17,466 nt of DNA from Candidatus Krumholzibacteriia bacterium. Lineage in GTDB: Bacteria; Krumholzibacteriota; Krumholzibacteriia; WVZY01. Of this stretch, positions 1-7,049 are shown piece by piece. The stretch is from assembly GCA_046754105.1 (NCBI GenBank), contig JBHHVD010000069.1, positions 1-17,466 on the forward strand, given 5' to 3'. The notes below the pieces were generated by a model, which worked only from the letters and a program-made list of their open reading frames with translations, searched no databases and was not told the DNA's origin. The position numbers were made by a program, and so were the translations under genes. Each line of letters opens with the position of its first letter. Position 1 is the stretch's first letter.

Positions 1-16
1 GAAAACGGCGAAACAT
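1..16 (-). CDS. 5' end of a gene running off the left edge (MFRRF...)
   Basis: Minus strand reads GGAGG (28..24), 7 nt, then ATG TTT CGC CGT TTT. The basic N-terminus is compatible with a signal peptide. Only 5 codons are visible. Confidence 0.6.
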
Positions 17-173
17 GGGGAAACCTCCGGGGAGAAGTACCGGCGGCGTGGCGTGTCAGCCAACACGGCGGCAAGAAATGTAGTCGCGCCCACCGATCGG
101 CGACTTCTCTCTCGTGAAGTGATGTCGCCCACCGGATCGCGGGCCGGCTGCCCGAGTTGCAACTTGCGGATCA

Positions 174-202
174 AGTGTGACAAAAACACTTCACGATCAC
201 AA
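174..202 (-). promoter_or_regulatory. Putative sigma70-type promoter TTGTGA-17-CACACT with extended TGn
   Basis: -35 at 202..197, 17-nt spacer, TGT directly before CACACT (179..174). Nearly the same -10 region recurs at 4934-4950. Confidence 0.45.
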
Positions 203-203
203 C

Positions 204-217
204 TTGATAGAAATCAA
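204..217. promoter_or_regulatory. Fnr/Crp-family operator, perfect TTGAT-N4-ATCAA
   Basis: TTGAT AGAA ATCAA, a 10/10 match to the Fnr consensus, in an AT-rich intergenic patch, 1 nt upstream of the putative -35. Confidence 0.65.
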
Positions 218-222
218 CTCTT

Positions 223-804
223 CTATTCGAGATAGAGCGCCTTGACCCGGCCCCACGTGGATGACTCCGTTGGGACCGTTGCAAAGCAATCGCAAAAAGG
301 TGTGCTGCCGCATCCGATATCCGGATTCACATACGCGCCGAACGGATCGATCCTGAACACCTTGCTGGAACAATCAAAGACCTCGATCCGCCCCGACGGT
401 GCATTCGGGTCGGGGAGTGTGGCCCAACAGCACGTACAGCCGGTGGGGGTAGTCCCCGCGGTCATCACCCATATTTCGAGGAGGTGAACCGGTCCGGTCA
501 TGCACTGGGGGTAGAGGATCTCGATCCCCGTTTGCGAATTGCCAAAGGTGGCGGGAAAGGAAGGAACGTCACCCACGTAGGTTCCCGCGTGGCAGGATGG
601 CAACGGCGCGGAGAACCTGGCACGGGTGGCTGCGGGTGTCAAGACGTGCACGACGTGGTAGATTGTGAGCGGCCCCGAGACATCCGTTATCGCGCAACCC
701 GCTCCCCCCGGGTCGTCGAAAATGCCGATGTGTCCGCTCTGGGCCGACGCCGTCCCTGAGCCTAGCAGTATTACCACTACGAGAAAAGAATGCGGCGTCG
801 ACAT
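223..804 (-). CDS. Secreted Cys-rich hypothetical protein (193 aa) with C-terminal PTESSTWGRVKALY tail
   Basis: Start re-assigned to ATG 804 (MSTPHSFLVVVILLGSGTASA|Q, signal peptide with A-S-A cleavage site; AGGA upstream; own promoter at 848-876). 10 Cys in the mature part, beta-strand-rich pattern. Confidence 0.85.
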   Translation of the reverse strand: MSTPHSFLVVVILLGSGTASAQSGHIGIFDDPGGAGCAITDVSGPLTIYHVVHVLTPAATRARFSAPLPSCHAGTYVGDVPSFPATFGNSQTGIEILYPQCMTGPVHLLEIWVMTAGTTPTGCTCCWATLPDPNAPSGRIEVFDCSSKVFRIDPFGAYVNPDIGCGSTPFCDCFATVPTESSTWGRVKALYLE

Positions 805-847
805 GAGCAGCCGTCCTGTGGGCAAAGGAGATGATTGTGGCACACGA

Positions 848-876
848 AGGGTACCACAGCCACTACGGCATGTCGA
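848..876 (-). promoter_or_regulatory. Putative sigma70 promoter TCGACA-17-TACCCT with extended TG
   Basis: -35 TCGACA (876..871, 5/6 match), 17-nt spacer ending TGG, -10 TACCCT (853..848), about 45 nt before ATG 804. Confidence 0.55.
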
Positions 877-913
877 CTTCTGTGCTACGCGATCGTTCGT
901 CCCCTGGGCCGCT

Positions 914-3900
914 CTAGAACTCGAATCCAAACCCGACCCGCCAGACCCGGTGCTGCTCGAACACCGTCGGATCGTTCACGGGCACGAAATCATTGACGCC
1001 GTCGTCGTCGATATCCTGCAGGTAGGCGCCACCGTGCCGGCCCGTTTCGGTCAGGTAAGAGCCGTTGTCCATTTGCGCTACCACCATGTTCGGTGTTACT
1101 TGCGGCGTGACGCCGCCCGGGGCGAGTATGTCCTGGTCGAGAAGATTCCTGCCTTCGACAAACAAGGTCAACTCACGCCCGTAGATGTTGAATCGCTTCC
1201 GTCCCTGCAGGCTCAGGCGGTGGATCGCGTCGTGGCGCCGCGAGTTTTCCAGCTTCGGGTCCTGGAGACGGGCGAAGCGGTCGACCGGTGTCCACGGCAG
1301 CCCGCTGCCGAACTGGTAGGTCGCCGTCGCGCCCCAGTTGTTGCGCTCCTGTAACCGTAGCGTGAGGTTGAACGTATGCCGTTGATCCCAATCGAGGGGC
1401 AGCTCGTCTGTGGGCAGATGTGTCAGCCCATCCGCCGAGCGCCCGAAATCCGCGTCGCTCGCCACCCCATCGGCGAAGGAATACGTGTAGTACGCCTCGA
1501 AACCAAAGCGATGGGTGAGCCGGTTCTCCAGGGCGAGCTCGAGTCCGCGCGAGCTTGCATACGTACGATTTGTATAGCGCAGGCTCTGGACCCCGGTCGA
1601 ATCGTCCGTCACGCGGGTCGATGAAACCAGGCCGAAGATGTCCTTGTTGAAGATCACAAAATTCGCGACCGTATTCTCCGTGAATTGATGGGATATTCCC
1701 GCCTGGTACGACACGGTCAGCTCCGGCTCCAGATTCGGATTGCCGAGGGTGCCGAGGGCCCCGATCGCGTCCTGTGTCGCAAACAGGAGGGAACGGCTCG
1801 CCCACTGTGTGAAACGCCCGTAGTGAAAGAAGAACTTGTTGCGGTCGCTTATCGGAAAGGCAACGCCCAGGCGTGGTGACCAGTTTGTCTTGTATTTTTC
1901 GACGTCCCGGTCGATCTCCGCGTTGTGAATCCGGACCTCATCGGTATTGCCCGTAGAGAAGTACTCGAAACGCATACCGGCGTTGGCGACGAGTCCCTCG
2001 TATTCCCACTTGTCCTGGAGATACACGGCGCCTTCGGTGTTGAAGTTGTGAAACGTGTTGACGTTCCGGCCCTGTTGCACCGTGCCGTCCATCGGGTCGC
2101 GCCGCTGTTGAGCCGGGAAAAAACGGTCATCGTTGTTGAGATCGTTGTAGATGAACTGGAATCCCATCTTTGTGCGGTGCCCCCGAATCTTCTCCGATGT
2201 AATGTCGCTGCGCAGGAGGTACTGAACCGACTTGCGCCTGGTGTAGGCGGGATAATCGTATGCCGTAACGAAGTACGGGTTATCGGGATCCGTGTACCAC
2301 GCGGCCTGCGAAACGCCTCCTTCGAGGTAACTGCCGCTGGGCAGAGTTGCCGGCAAGCCGGCGGACGCGTAATCACGCGGTGCCTTGCCGTCGACGTCGC
2401 GGGCCAGGTTGAACTGCAGGCGGCTCAGGCGGACCGTGTAGAGTAACTCGTCGGAAATGTTGTGATTGAACGCGAGCTTCAGCTGGAGATTGGCCGCCCT
2501 GACCTCTGGCGTGCGGCTCGCCGAGTTGAAGAATGTAAACGATGAGTCCTCTTTTTCGTGACTGAAGCGGCTGAACGGAAACTGAAAGCCCTCAAACAGC
2601 ACCCACGATCGATACCCTCCCTGGCTCCCACCGGTCATCGCCTCGTCCCACAGAATGGTGACGCCGTTGACGTCCACCGCGCGAAAGTTCTTGTGAACCT
2701 CCATTTGTTGTCCGCCGGTTTCGGCGTCCCGCACGAGCTGCTCGACGACGACCAGCCGTGGGTTGGGCGCCTTCGCGGGGTTGTTGACGTCGTCGATCCA
2801 CGGACCCGCGTTCTGTATGGAAATGCTACCAAACGTGTAGACGTCCTGGCCGGTGCCCGTCGCGACGAGCCGCTGGAAGTAATAGACCTTGCGCGCATAG
2901 CCTCGGACGTTCCAGTTGTGGTGATACTCTTCGCGACGCGACCGCTGGGCAATCGCTTCGCCGGTCAATTTGATCCCACCCCGATGCCACGAAAGTTTGG
3001 ACTGGAGATTGAGACTGTGTGACATGCGGTCGCGGGCCTTGAGCCAGCCGAAAAGGCTGCTCTTGTGCTCGCGGCGTCGCTCGATGGAGTTGTTTTCCCC
3101 GTCGAGAAACGTGGCCTCGGTAGATACGTAGTAGCGCAGATCCTTGATCGGCGTCGGGCCCCCGAATCCCAGGCTCAAGTTGTCATAGTTCGTGTAGGTC
3201 CGGTCCGCGCGGCCGAAGTCGTCGGTCATGTAGCGGAGCTCACCGCCGAAGTGCTTGCCCCCCTCGCGTGTCTTGATCTTGAAGACCGCCGCCTGCGCGT
3301 TGCCGTACTCGGCGTCCATGCCGCCGGCGATGAACTCCGTCTCGGCGGCGGCCAGGCGGCCGATCGCTATCGAACCGCTGGCCAGCGGGTCCATGACCAG
3401 CACATCGTCGTTTTGGGTTTGTACCTCGTTGGGACGGCTGCCCTGCACGTAATACTGGTCGCCCCATCGCACGACCCCCGCCGTATGTTCCATGAGCTCG
3501 TACACGTTGTCGAGCGGCATGTCCTTGAACTCCTCGGCGGTCTTGCGTGTGGCAATGTGGGATTCCCCTACCTCAACCATCGGCTTCTTGCCGAACACCT
3601 CAATGACCGGGGTCTGCGAAACAATGGTTTCTTCCAATCCGAAGGACAGTTCAGTGGTGTCGCCCGCGTTGACAACGACGTTCGAGCGCGAAACGGTGCG
3701 GAATCCCATCACGGATATCTTTATCTGATAGGTGCCGACGGGAACGCCGTCGATGACAAATCGGCCGTCATCCATGGCCATCGTGCCCATGCCGGTGCCC
3801 ACGACCAGGACGTTCGCCCACGCGAGCGGACGATGGGTCCGACTGTCAAAAACCTCTCCGGCGATGGTGCCACGGTGCTGGGCGCGCAGGCCGGTGCTCG

Positions 3901-3967
3901 TGAGACAGAGTGACGCAACGGCGATCGCGACTGCCGCGAGAATCTCGATAGCGGTGGTTCTCGGCAT
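914..3967 (-). CDS. TonB-dependent receptor (1017 aa) with N-terminal carboxypeptidase-regulatory-like domain
   Basis: ATG 3967 after a purine-rich AAAAAGGGGGGAGA RBS; signal peptide; GTIAGEVFD..PLAWANV..G.F.I.GVPVGTY..S..GF domain; plug-like GGMDAEYGNAQAAV; barrel hallmarks SPRLG, GNPNLEPE, GLEL, NLLD; C-terminal GFGFEF ending in Phe. Confidence 0.95.
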   Translation of the reverse strand: MPRTTAIEILAAVAIAVASLCLTSTGLRAQHRGTIAGEVFDSRTHRPLAWANVLVVGTGMGTMAMDDGRFVIDGVPVGTYQIKISVMGFRTVSRSNVVVNAGDTTELSFGLEETIVSQTPVIEVFGKKPMVEVGESHIATRKTAEEFKDMPLDNVYELMEHTAGVVRWGDQYYVQGSRPNEVQTQNDDVLVMDPLASGSIAIGRLAAAETEFIAGGMDAEYGNAQAAVFKIKTREGGKHFGGELRYMTDDFGRADRTYTNYDNLSLGFGGPTPIKDLRYYVSTEATFLDGENNSIERRREHKSSLFGWLKARDRMSHSLNLQSKLSWHRGGIKLTGEAIAQRSRREEYHHNWNVRGYARKVYYFQRLVATGTGQDVYTFGSISIQNAGPWIDDVNNPAKAPNPRLVVVEQLVRDAETGGQQMEVHKNFRAVDVNGVTILWDEAMTGGSQGGYRSWVLFEGFQFPFSRFSHEKEDSSFTFFNSASRTPEVRAANLQLKLAFNHNISDELLYTVRLSRLQFNLARDVDGKAPRDYASAGLPATLPSGSYLEGGVSQAAWYTDPDNPYFVTAYDYPAYTRRKSVQYLLRSDITSEKIRGHRTKMGFQFIYNDLNNDDRFFPAQQRRDPMDGTVQQGRNVNTFHNFNTEGAVYLQDKWEYEGLVANAGMRFEYFSTGNTDEVRIHNAEIDRDVEKYKTNWSPRLGVAFPISDRNKFFFHYGRFTQWASRSLLFATQDAIGALGTLGNPNLEPELTVSYQAGISHQFTENTVANFVIFNKDIFGLVSSTRVTDDSTGVQSLRYTNRTYASSRGLELALENRLTHRFGFEAYYTYSFADGVASDADFGRSADGLTHLPTDELPLDWDQRHTFNLTLRLQERNNWGATATYQFGSGLPWTPVDRFARLQDPKLENSRRHDAIHRLSLQGRKRFNIYGRELTLFVEGRNLLDQDILAPGGVTPQVTPNMVVAQMDNGSYLTETGRHGGAYLQDIDDDGVNDFVPVNDPTVFEQHRVWRVGFGFEF

Positions 3968-3997
3968 GTCTCCCCCCTTTTTCGACCATTTCAAGAA

Positions 3998-4130
3998 CGG
4001 CGGGTGGGGCTGCCGGGATGAGCGCTTTGTGGCGGCGGGTGGGGCGACCGCGGCATGGGGTGTCGCGAGGCGACGGACCTGTCGTGGGGTGTACGCGGAA
4101 TGAAAGCCGGATTGTAACTCTGTGTGGGGT
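3998..4130 (-). repeat. Cluster of CCCCA motifs in the receptor leader, including a 13-nt exact direct repeat
   Basis: cggcgggtggggc at 3998-4010 and 4033-4045; tggggtgt at 4056-4063 and 4085-4092; tggggt at 4125-4130. Confidence 0.6.
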
Positions 4131-4201
4131 CAGGCTACGCGCGGTATGCTGAAGAAGGTGAGGCCTGGTGTGCATCGGCAACCGGGCTGACTCTCGCCGA
4201 A

Positions 4202-4242
4202 AATATGGGGATCGACACCGGGGTTGTCAATCGGTTTTGACA
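4202..4242 (-). promoter_or_regulatory. sigma70 promoter TTGACA-17-CATATT overlapped by palindrome TGTCAA-N6-TTGACA
   Basis: Perfect -35 at 4230..4225, 17-nt spacer, -10 at 4207..4202; inverted repeat 4225-4242. Confidence 0.6.
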
Positions 4243-4286
4243 CCTTCGTCCTCAGGCCCGGTTCAGGCCCGTGCCGCCCGCCCCCT

Positions 4287-4313
4287 CCGGCGGCGGATAC
4301 ACACCGCCGCCAG
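4287..4313 (-). terminator. GC-rich stem-loop after the beta-barrel gene (no U-tract)
   Basis: GGCGGCGG/CCGCCGCC 8-bp stem (10 bp with one G-U pair), 7-nt loop, 15 nt after the stop codon. Confidence 0.4.
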
Positions 4314-4328
4314 CGGGCCGGATAATTA

Positions 4329-4883
4329 TCAGAACGGAAGACCGAAGCTCGCGAGCAGTTGGACGTGCTCGATGTCGCCGCCCCCCTCGAGCAACCCGAG
4401 GTTACCACGGGCCTCGATGTCCAGCTTGAACGAGTCCTCCGCGAGGGCAAACCCAACTCCTACATGAAGCCCGACTCCGCTCGAGGACTCCACCGCGCCC
4501 GCCGGGTCGAGATTGATAAAAGAAGCGCCCGCGCTGAGAAAGAGAGGATTCGCCGTGGCGTACACGCGCACGCCGGCGCCTACGTCGAAATAGGTGCCAT
4601 CATCGCTTATCCCGAGCGCGGCGAGGGCGGCCTCGAGCGCCGGGTCGGTTTGCAGGAATGCAAAACCTCCCTGGACGAGAAAGCTCAGGACGACGGCGTT
4701 TCCCATCGGGCTGACGTCCTGGATCTCCCAGCGCGCCCCGATGTAGGGCGATACATCTGCTACGTCGTCCAGGTCACCGATGGGCAACAATACGCCCCCG
4801 GTAATACCGAGGTTTGTCTGGGCGCTCGCCGCGCTCGCGGACACGAGCACGATTGCGGTCACGAAAACGATCAAGTAACGCAT
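4329..4883 (-). CDS. Small outer-membrane beta-barrel protein (OmpA/OmpW-like membrane domain)
   Basis: AAAGGAG RBS; signal peptide ending ASA|Q; alternating hydrophobic strands (FDVGAGVRVY, LFLSAGASF, GLHVGVGF, LDIEARG); C-terminal Phe. Confidence 0.85.
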   Translation of the reverse strand: MRYLIVFVTAIVLVSASAASAQTNLGITGGVLLPIGDLDDVADVSPYIGARWEIQDVSPMGNAVVLSFLVQGGFAFLQTDPALEAALAALGISDDGTYFDVGAGVRVYATANPLFLSAGASFINLDPAGAVESSSGVGLHVGVGFALAEDSFKLDIEARGNLGLLEGGGDIEHVQLLASFGLPF

Positions 4884-4937
4884 GGCGTTCGCTCCTTTGG
4901 TTCTCGGTCATGGCGACTCCCCCCACCCAGCACATCG

Positions 4938-4966
4938 AGTGTGACAGAAAAGCGCCGTACCCGCAA
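4938..4966 (-). promoter_or_regulatory. Putative promoter TTGCGG-17-CACACT with extended TGn
   Basis: -35 at 4966..4961, 17-nt spacer, -10 at 4943..4938; 4934-4950 is 15/17 identical to 170-186. Confidence 0.45.
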
Positions 4967-5003
4967 CCGGACAAGAGTCTGCCGGGGTCCGAGGGTCTTT
5001 CCG

Positions 5004-6890
5004 CTATTTGATTCCACCCGTAGTCGTTCTAAGAATCGTACCATAGTCCCCTACGATCGTCCCTGTCAGGGCACCGGTAAGGGCGACACCCCGGAGCCAG
5101 CCGGTCGCCCCGCTGGTTTGACTCACCCACGTGCCCCCGCCGTCCGTCGTGCGAAGAATCACGCTCCCGGTTCCCACGGCCACCCCCGTGTTCGCGCCGC
5201 TAAAGCTGACCGCCTTGAGAATCTCGCTCGTATTACTTACCTGCGCCTCCCACGTCTGCCCGCCGTCGGTGGTGCGCAGAATCGTGCCCGAGCTGCCGAC
5301 CACCGTCCCCGTCGTTGCACTGGTGAAGAAGACGGATTCGAACGACGCCGTCGTCCCGGTTGTCTGCGCGGTCCATGTACTCCCGCCGTCGGTTGTACGC
5401 AGAATCGTGCCCCCGACACCTACGACCGTCCCCGTCATGGCACTGGTGAAAAAGACGGAATAAAACAGGTTCGTCGTCCCGCTGGTTTGGGGCGTCCAGG
5501 TATTCCCCCCGTCGGTCGTGCGAAGGATCGTGCCGGCAAACCCCGTGGCCTCCAGGGCATACCCCACGGCCGTTCCGGTAGAGGCGTCGGTAAAGCACAC
5601 GTCCTCCAGCACTCCTGTCGTCCCGCTCGTCTGGCTGGTCCAGGTGTTGCCGCCGTCGGTTGTGCGCAGAACCAGGCCATCTTGTCCCACAATCGTCCCC
5701 GTCAACACACCGGTGAAAGACACGCCATGGAGCGAATTCGTGGTTCCGCTCGTTTGGGCGATCCAGTTGGCCCCGCTGTCGGTGGTGCGCAGGATCGTGC
5801 CATCCTCCCCCACGACCGTCGCGGTCGTAGCGTTGACAAAGACGACGTCAAGAAGAAACGATCGTGTCCCCTTGACCTGACTCGCCCAGGTGTCACCCCC
5901 ATCGGTGGTGCGCAGGATCGTTCCGTCCTCCCCCACCGCCGTCCCGGTCAGCGCGTCGCCAAACGAGACGCTCTCGAGGGCATATGCCACCCCGCTCGTC
6001 CGGCTGGCCCAGGTACCCCCCGCGTCGGTCGTATGAAGAATCGTACCGTTACTCCCCACGGCCGTGGCCGTCGTGGCGTCGGTGAAATCAATGCCGATGA
6101 GCGTGTTCGTGGTGCCGCTCGGCTGGCCGGTCCAGCTGGCACCCCCATTGGTCGTACGGAGGATCGTGCCGTTATTCCCCACGACTGTCCCCGTTGTGGC
6201 ATTGGTGAAAACAACCGCGTAGAGCCAATCCGTCGTACCGCTCGTACGACTGGTCCAGTTGGCCCCCCCGTCGGTCGTCGTAAGGATTGTACCGTCACCC
6301 CCTACCACCGTCCCCGTCATCGCACCGGTGAGGAACACCCCCTGCAGGTTGCTTGCAGTTCCACTGGTTTGACTCACCCACGTAGCACCGCCGTCGGTCG
6401 TGCGAAAGATCGCGCCGTTACCCCCCACAGCCGATCCCGTCACGTCATCTATAAAATGCACGCCATTCAGCCGGTCGACCGTCCCCGTCGTCTGGCTGAC
6501 CCAGGTCTCCCCGCCATCGGTTGTGCGCAGGACCGTACCCTTATCTCCCACCACCGTACCCGTCAGGGCGCTGGTGAAGTGGAGACCGATCAGGTACTCC
6601 CTGGTGCCACTCGTCTGAATGGCCCAGGTCGTACCCCCGTCGGTGGTGCGCATAATCGTACCCACGCCACCCACTGCCATTCCCGTCGTAGCGTTTCCGA
6701 ATTGTACCGCCTCCAGCCAATTCCCCTGTGGTAGTGGATTCTGCCAGAACCATCCCGGCGGGGTCGTCGGGCCGCCACCAACCGGCGGAGTCGTCGGGCC
6801 ACCGTCACCGCCACAGGACACCAGGGCAACGGGAAATATCACTACGGCAAGAAGCCGCTGAAACCGCGCGGTAGAAATCCAACGGAACAT
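5004..6890 (-). CDS. YCF48-related / BNR Asp-box repeat lipoprotein (628 aa), probable double 7-bladed beta-propeller
   Basis: ATG 6890 after GAGGGAGG; lipobox LVSC; Gly/Pro/Thr linker; 14 copies of a ~41-aa unit containing GTILRTTDGGxTW. Confidence 0.92.
   Translation of the reverse strand: MFRWISTARFQRLLAVVIFPVALVSCGGDGGPTTPPVGGGPTTPPGWFWQNPLPQGNWLEAVQFGNATTGMAVGGVGTIMRTTDGGTTWAIQTSGTREYLIGLHFTSALTGTVVGDKGTVLRTTDGGETWVSQTTGTVDRLNGVHFIDDVTGSAVGGNGAIFRTTDGGATWVSQTSGTASNLQGVFLTGAMTGTVVGGDGTILTTTDGGANWTSRTSGTTDWLYAVVFTNATTGTVVGNNGTILRTTNGGASWTGQPSGTTNTLIGIDFTDATTATAVGSNGTILHTTDAGGTWASRTSGVAYALESVSFGDALTGTAVGEDGTILRTTDGGDTWASQVKGTRSFLLDVVFVNATTATVVGEDGTILRTTDSGANWIAQTSGTTNSLHGVSFTGVLTGTIVGQDGLVLRTTDGGNTWTSQTSGTTGVLEDVCFTDASTGTAVGYALEATGFAGTILRTTDGGNTWTPQTSGTTNLFYSVFFTSAMTGTVVGVGGTILRTTDGGSTWTAQTTGTTASFESVFFTSATTGTVVGSSGTILRTTDGGQTWEAQVSNTSEILKAVSFSGANTGVAVGTGSVILRTTDGGGTWVSQTSGATGWLRGVALTGALTGTIVGDYGTILRTTTGGIK
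5010..6730 (-). repeat. Intragenic 123-nt (41-codon) degenerate tandem repeat, 14 units
   Basis: Recurrent ccgtcggtngtgcgcag(g/a)atcgtgcc on the + strand with 123-nt period; one unit carries a 7-aa insertion; the last unit is truncated. Confidence 0.9.
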
Positions 6891-7020
6891 GGCCAACCTC
6901 CCTCGATCGTCCAACCCGCTTTGGGCTCGTGTACATCCATCCGGCCCGCGTGTCGGAGTTCGGAGCAGGGGTGTGTACAGACTCTAACGGCTACTTGCCC
7001 ATACTTCCCATCCCCGCACA

Positions 7021-7048
7021 AGGGTACCGCAAAACGCCGCGCATGCAA
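7021..7048 (-). promoter_or_regulatory. Putative promoter TTGCAT-16-TACCCT
   Basis: -35 at 7048..7043, -10 at 7026..7021; same GGTACCCTT context as the 848-876 promoter. Confidence 0.45.
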
Positions 7049-7049
7049 G

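Noticed and set aside
82..165. Short repeats and hairpins in the leader of the left-edge gene (cgcccaccg twice; agttgcaact palindrome)
   Set aside because: Too short and GC-rich to distinguish from chance; no match to a riboswitch I recognise.
805..930. N-terminal extension of the 223..930 ORF
   Set aside because: It overlaps the receptor stop and a good promoter; the signal peptide begins at ATG 804. Similar over-long starts were trimmed at 3994, 6914, 7668 and 11811.
3968..4200. Cobalamin or TPP riboswitch upstream of the receptor
   Set aside because: The conserved cores (B12 box, GCCACTG, CTGAGA) were not found by eye; an Infernal search would be decisive.
4320..4331. GATAATTATC palindrome as a Fur box for the receptor
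   Set aside because: Only 10 bp, lacks the 7-1-7 spacing, overlaps the upstream gene's stop codon, and lies about 90 nt from the -35.
5010..6730. Regularly spaced DNA repeats resembling a CRISPR array
   Set aside because: The period is 123 nt in frame, copies vary at synonymous positions, and all lie inside a clear protein-coding gene. No cas genes are present.
4359..6734. 791-aa plus-strand ORF
   Set aside because: Antisense shadow of the barrel and Asp-box genes: Arg/Pro/Gly-rich, its periodicity mirrors the 41-aa repeat, and stops are rare in GC-rich antisense frames.
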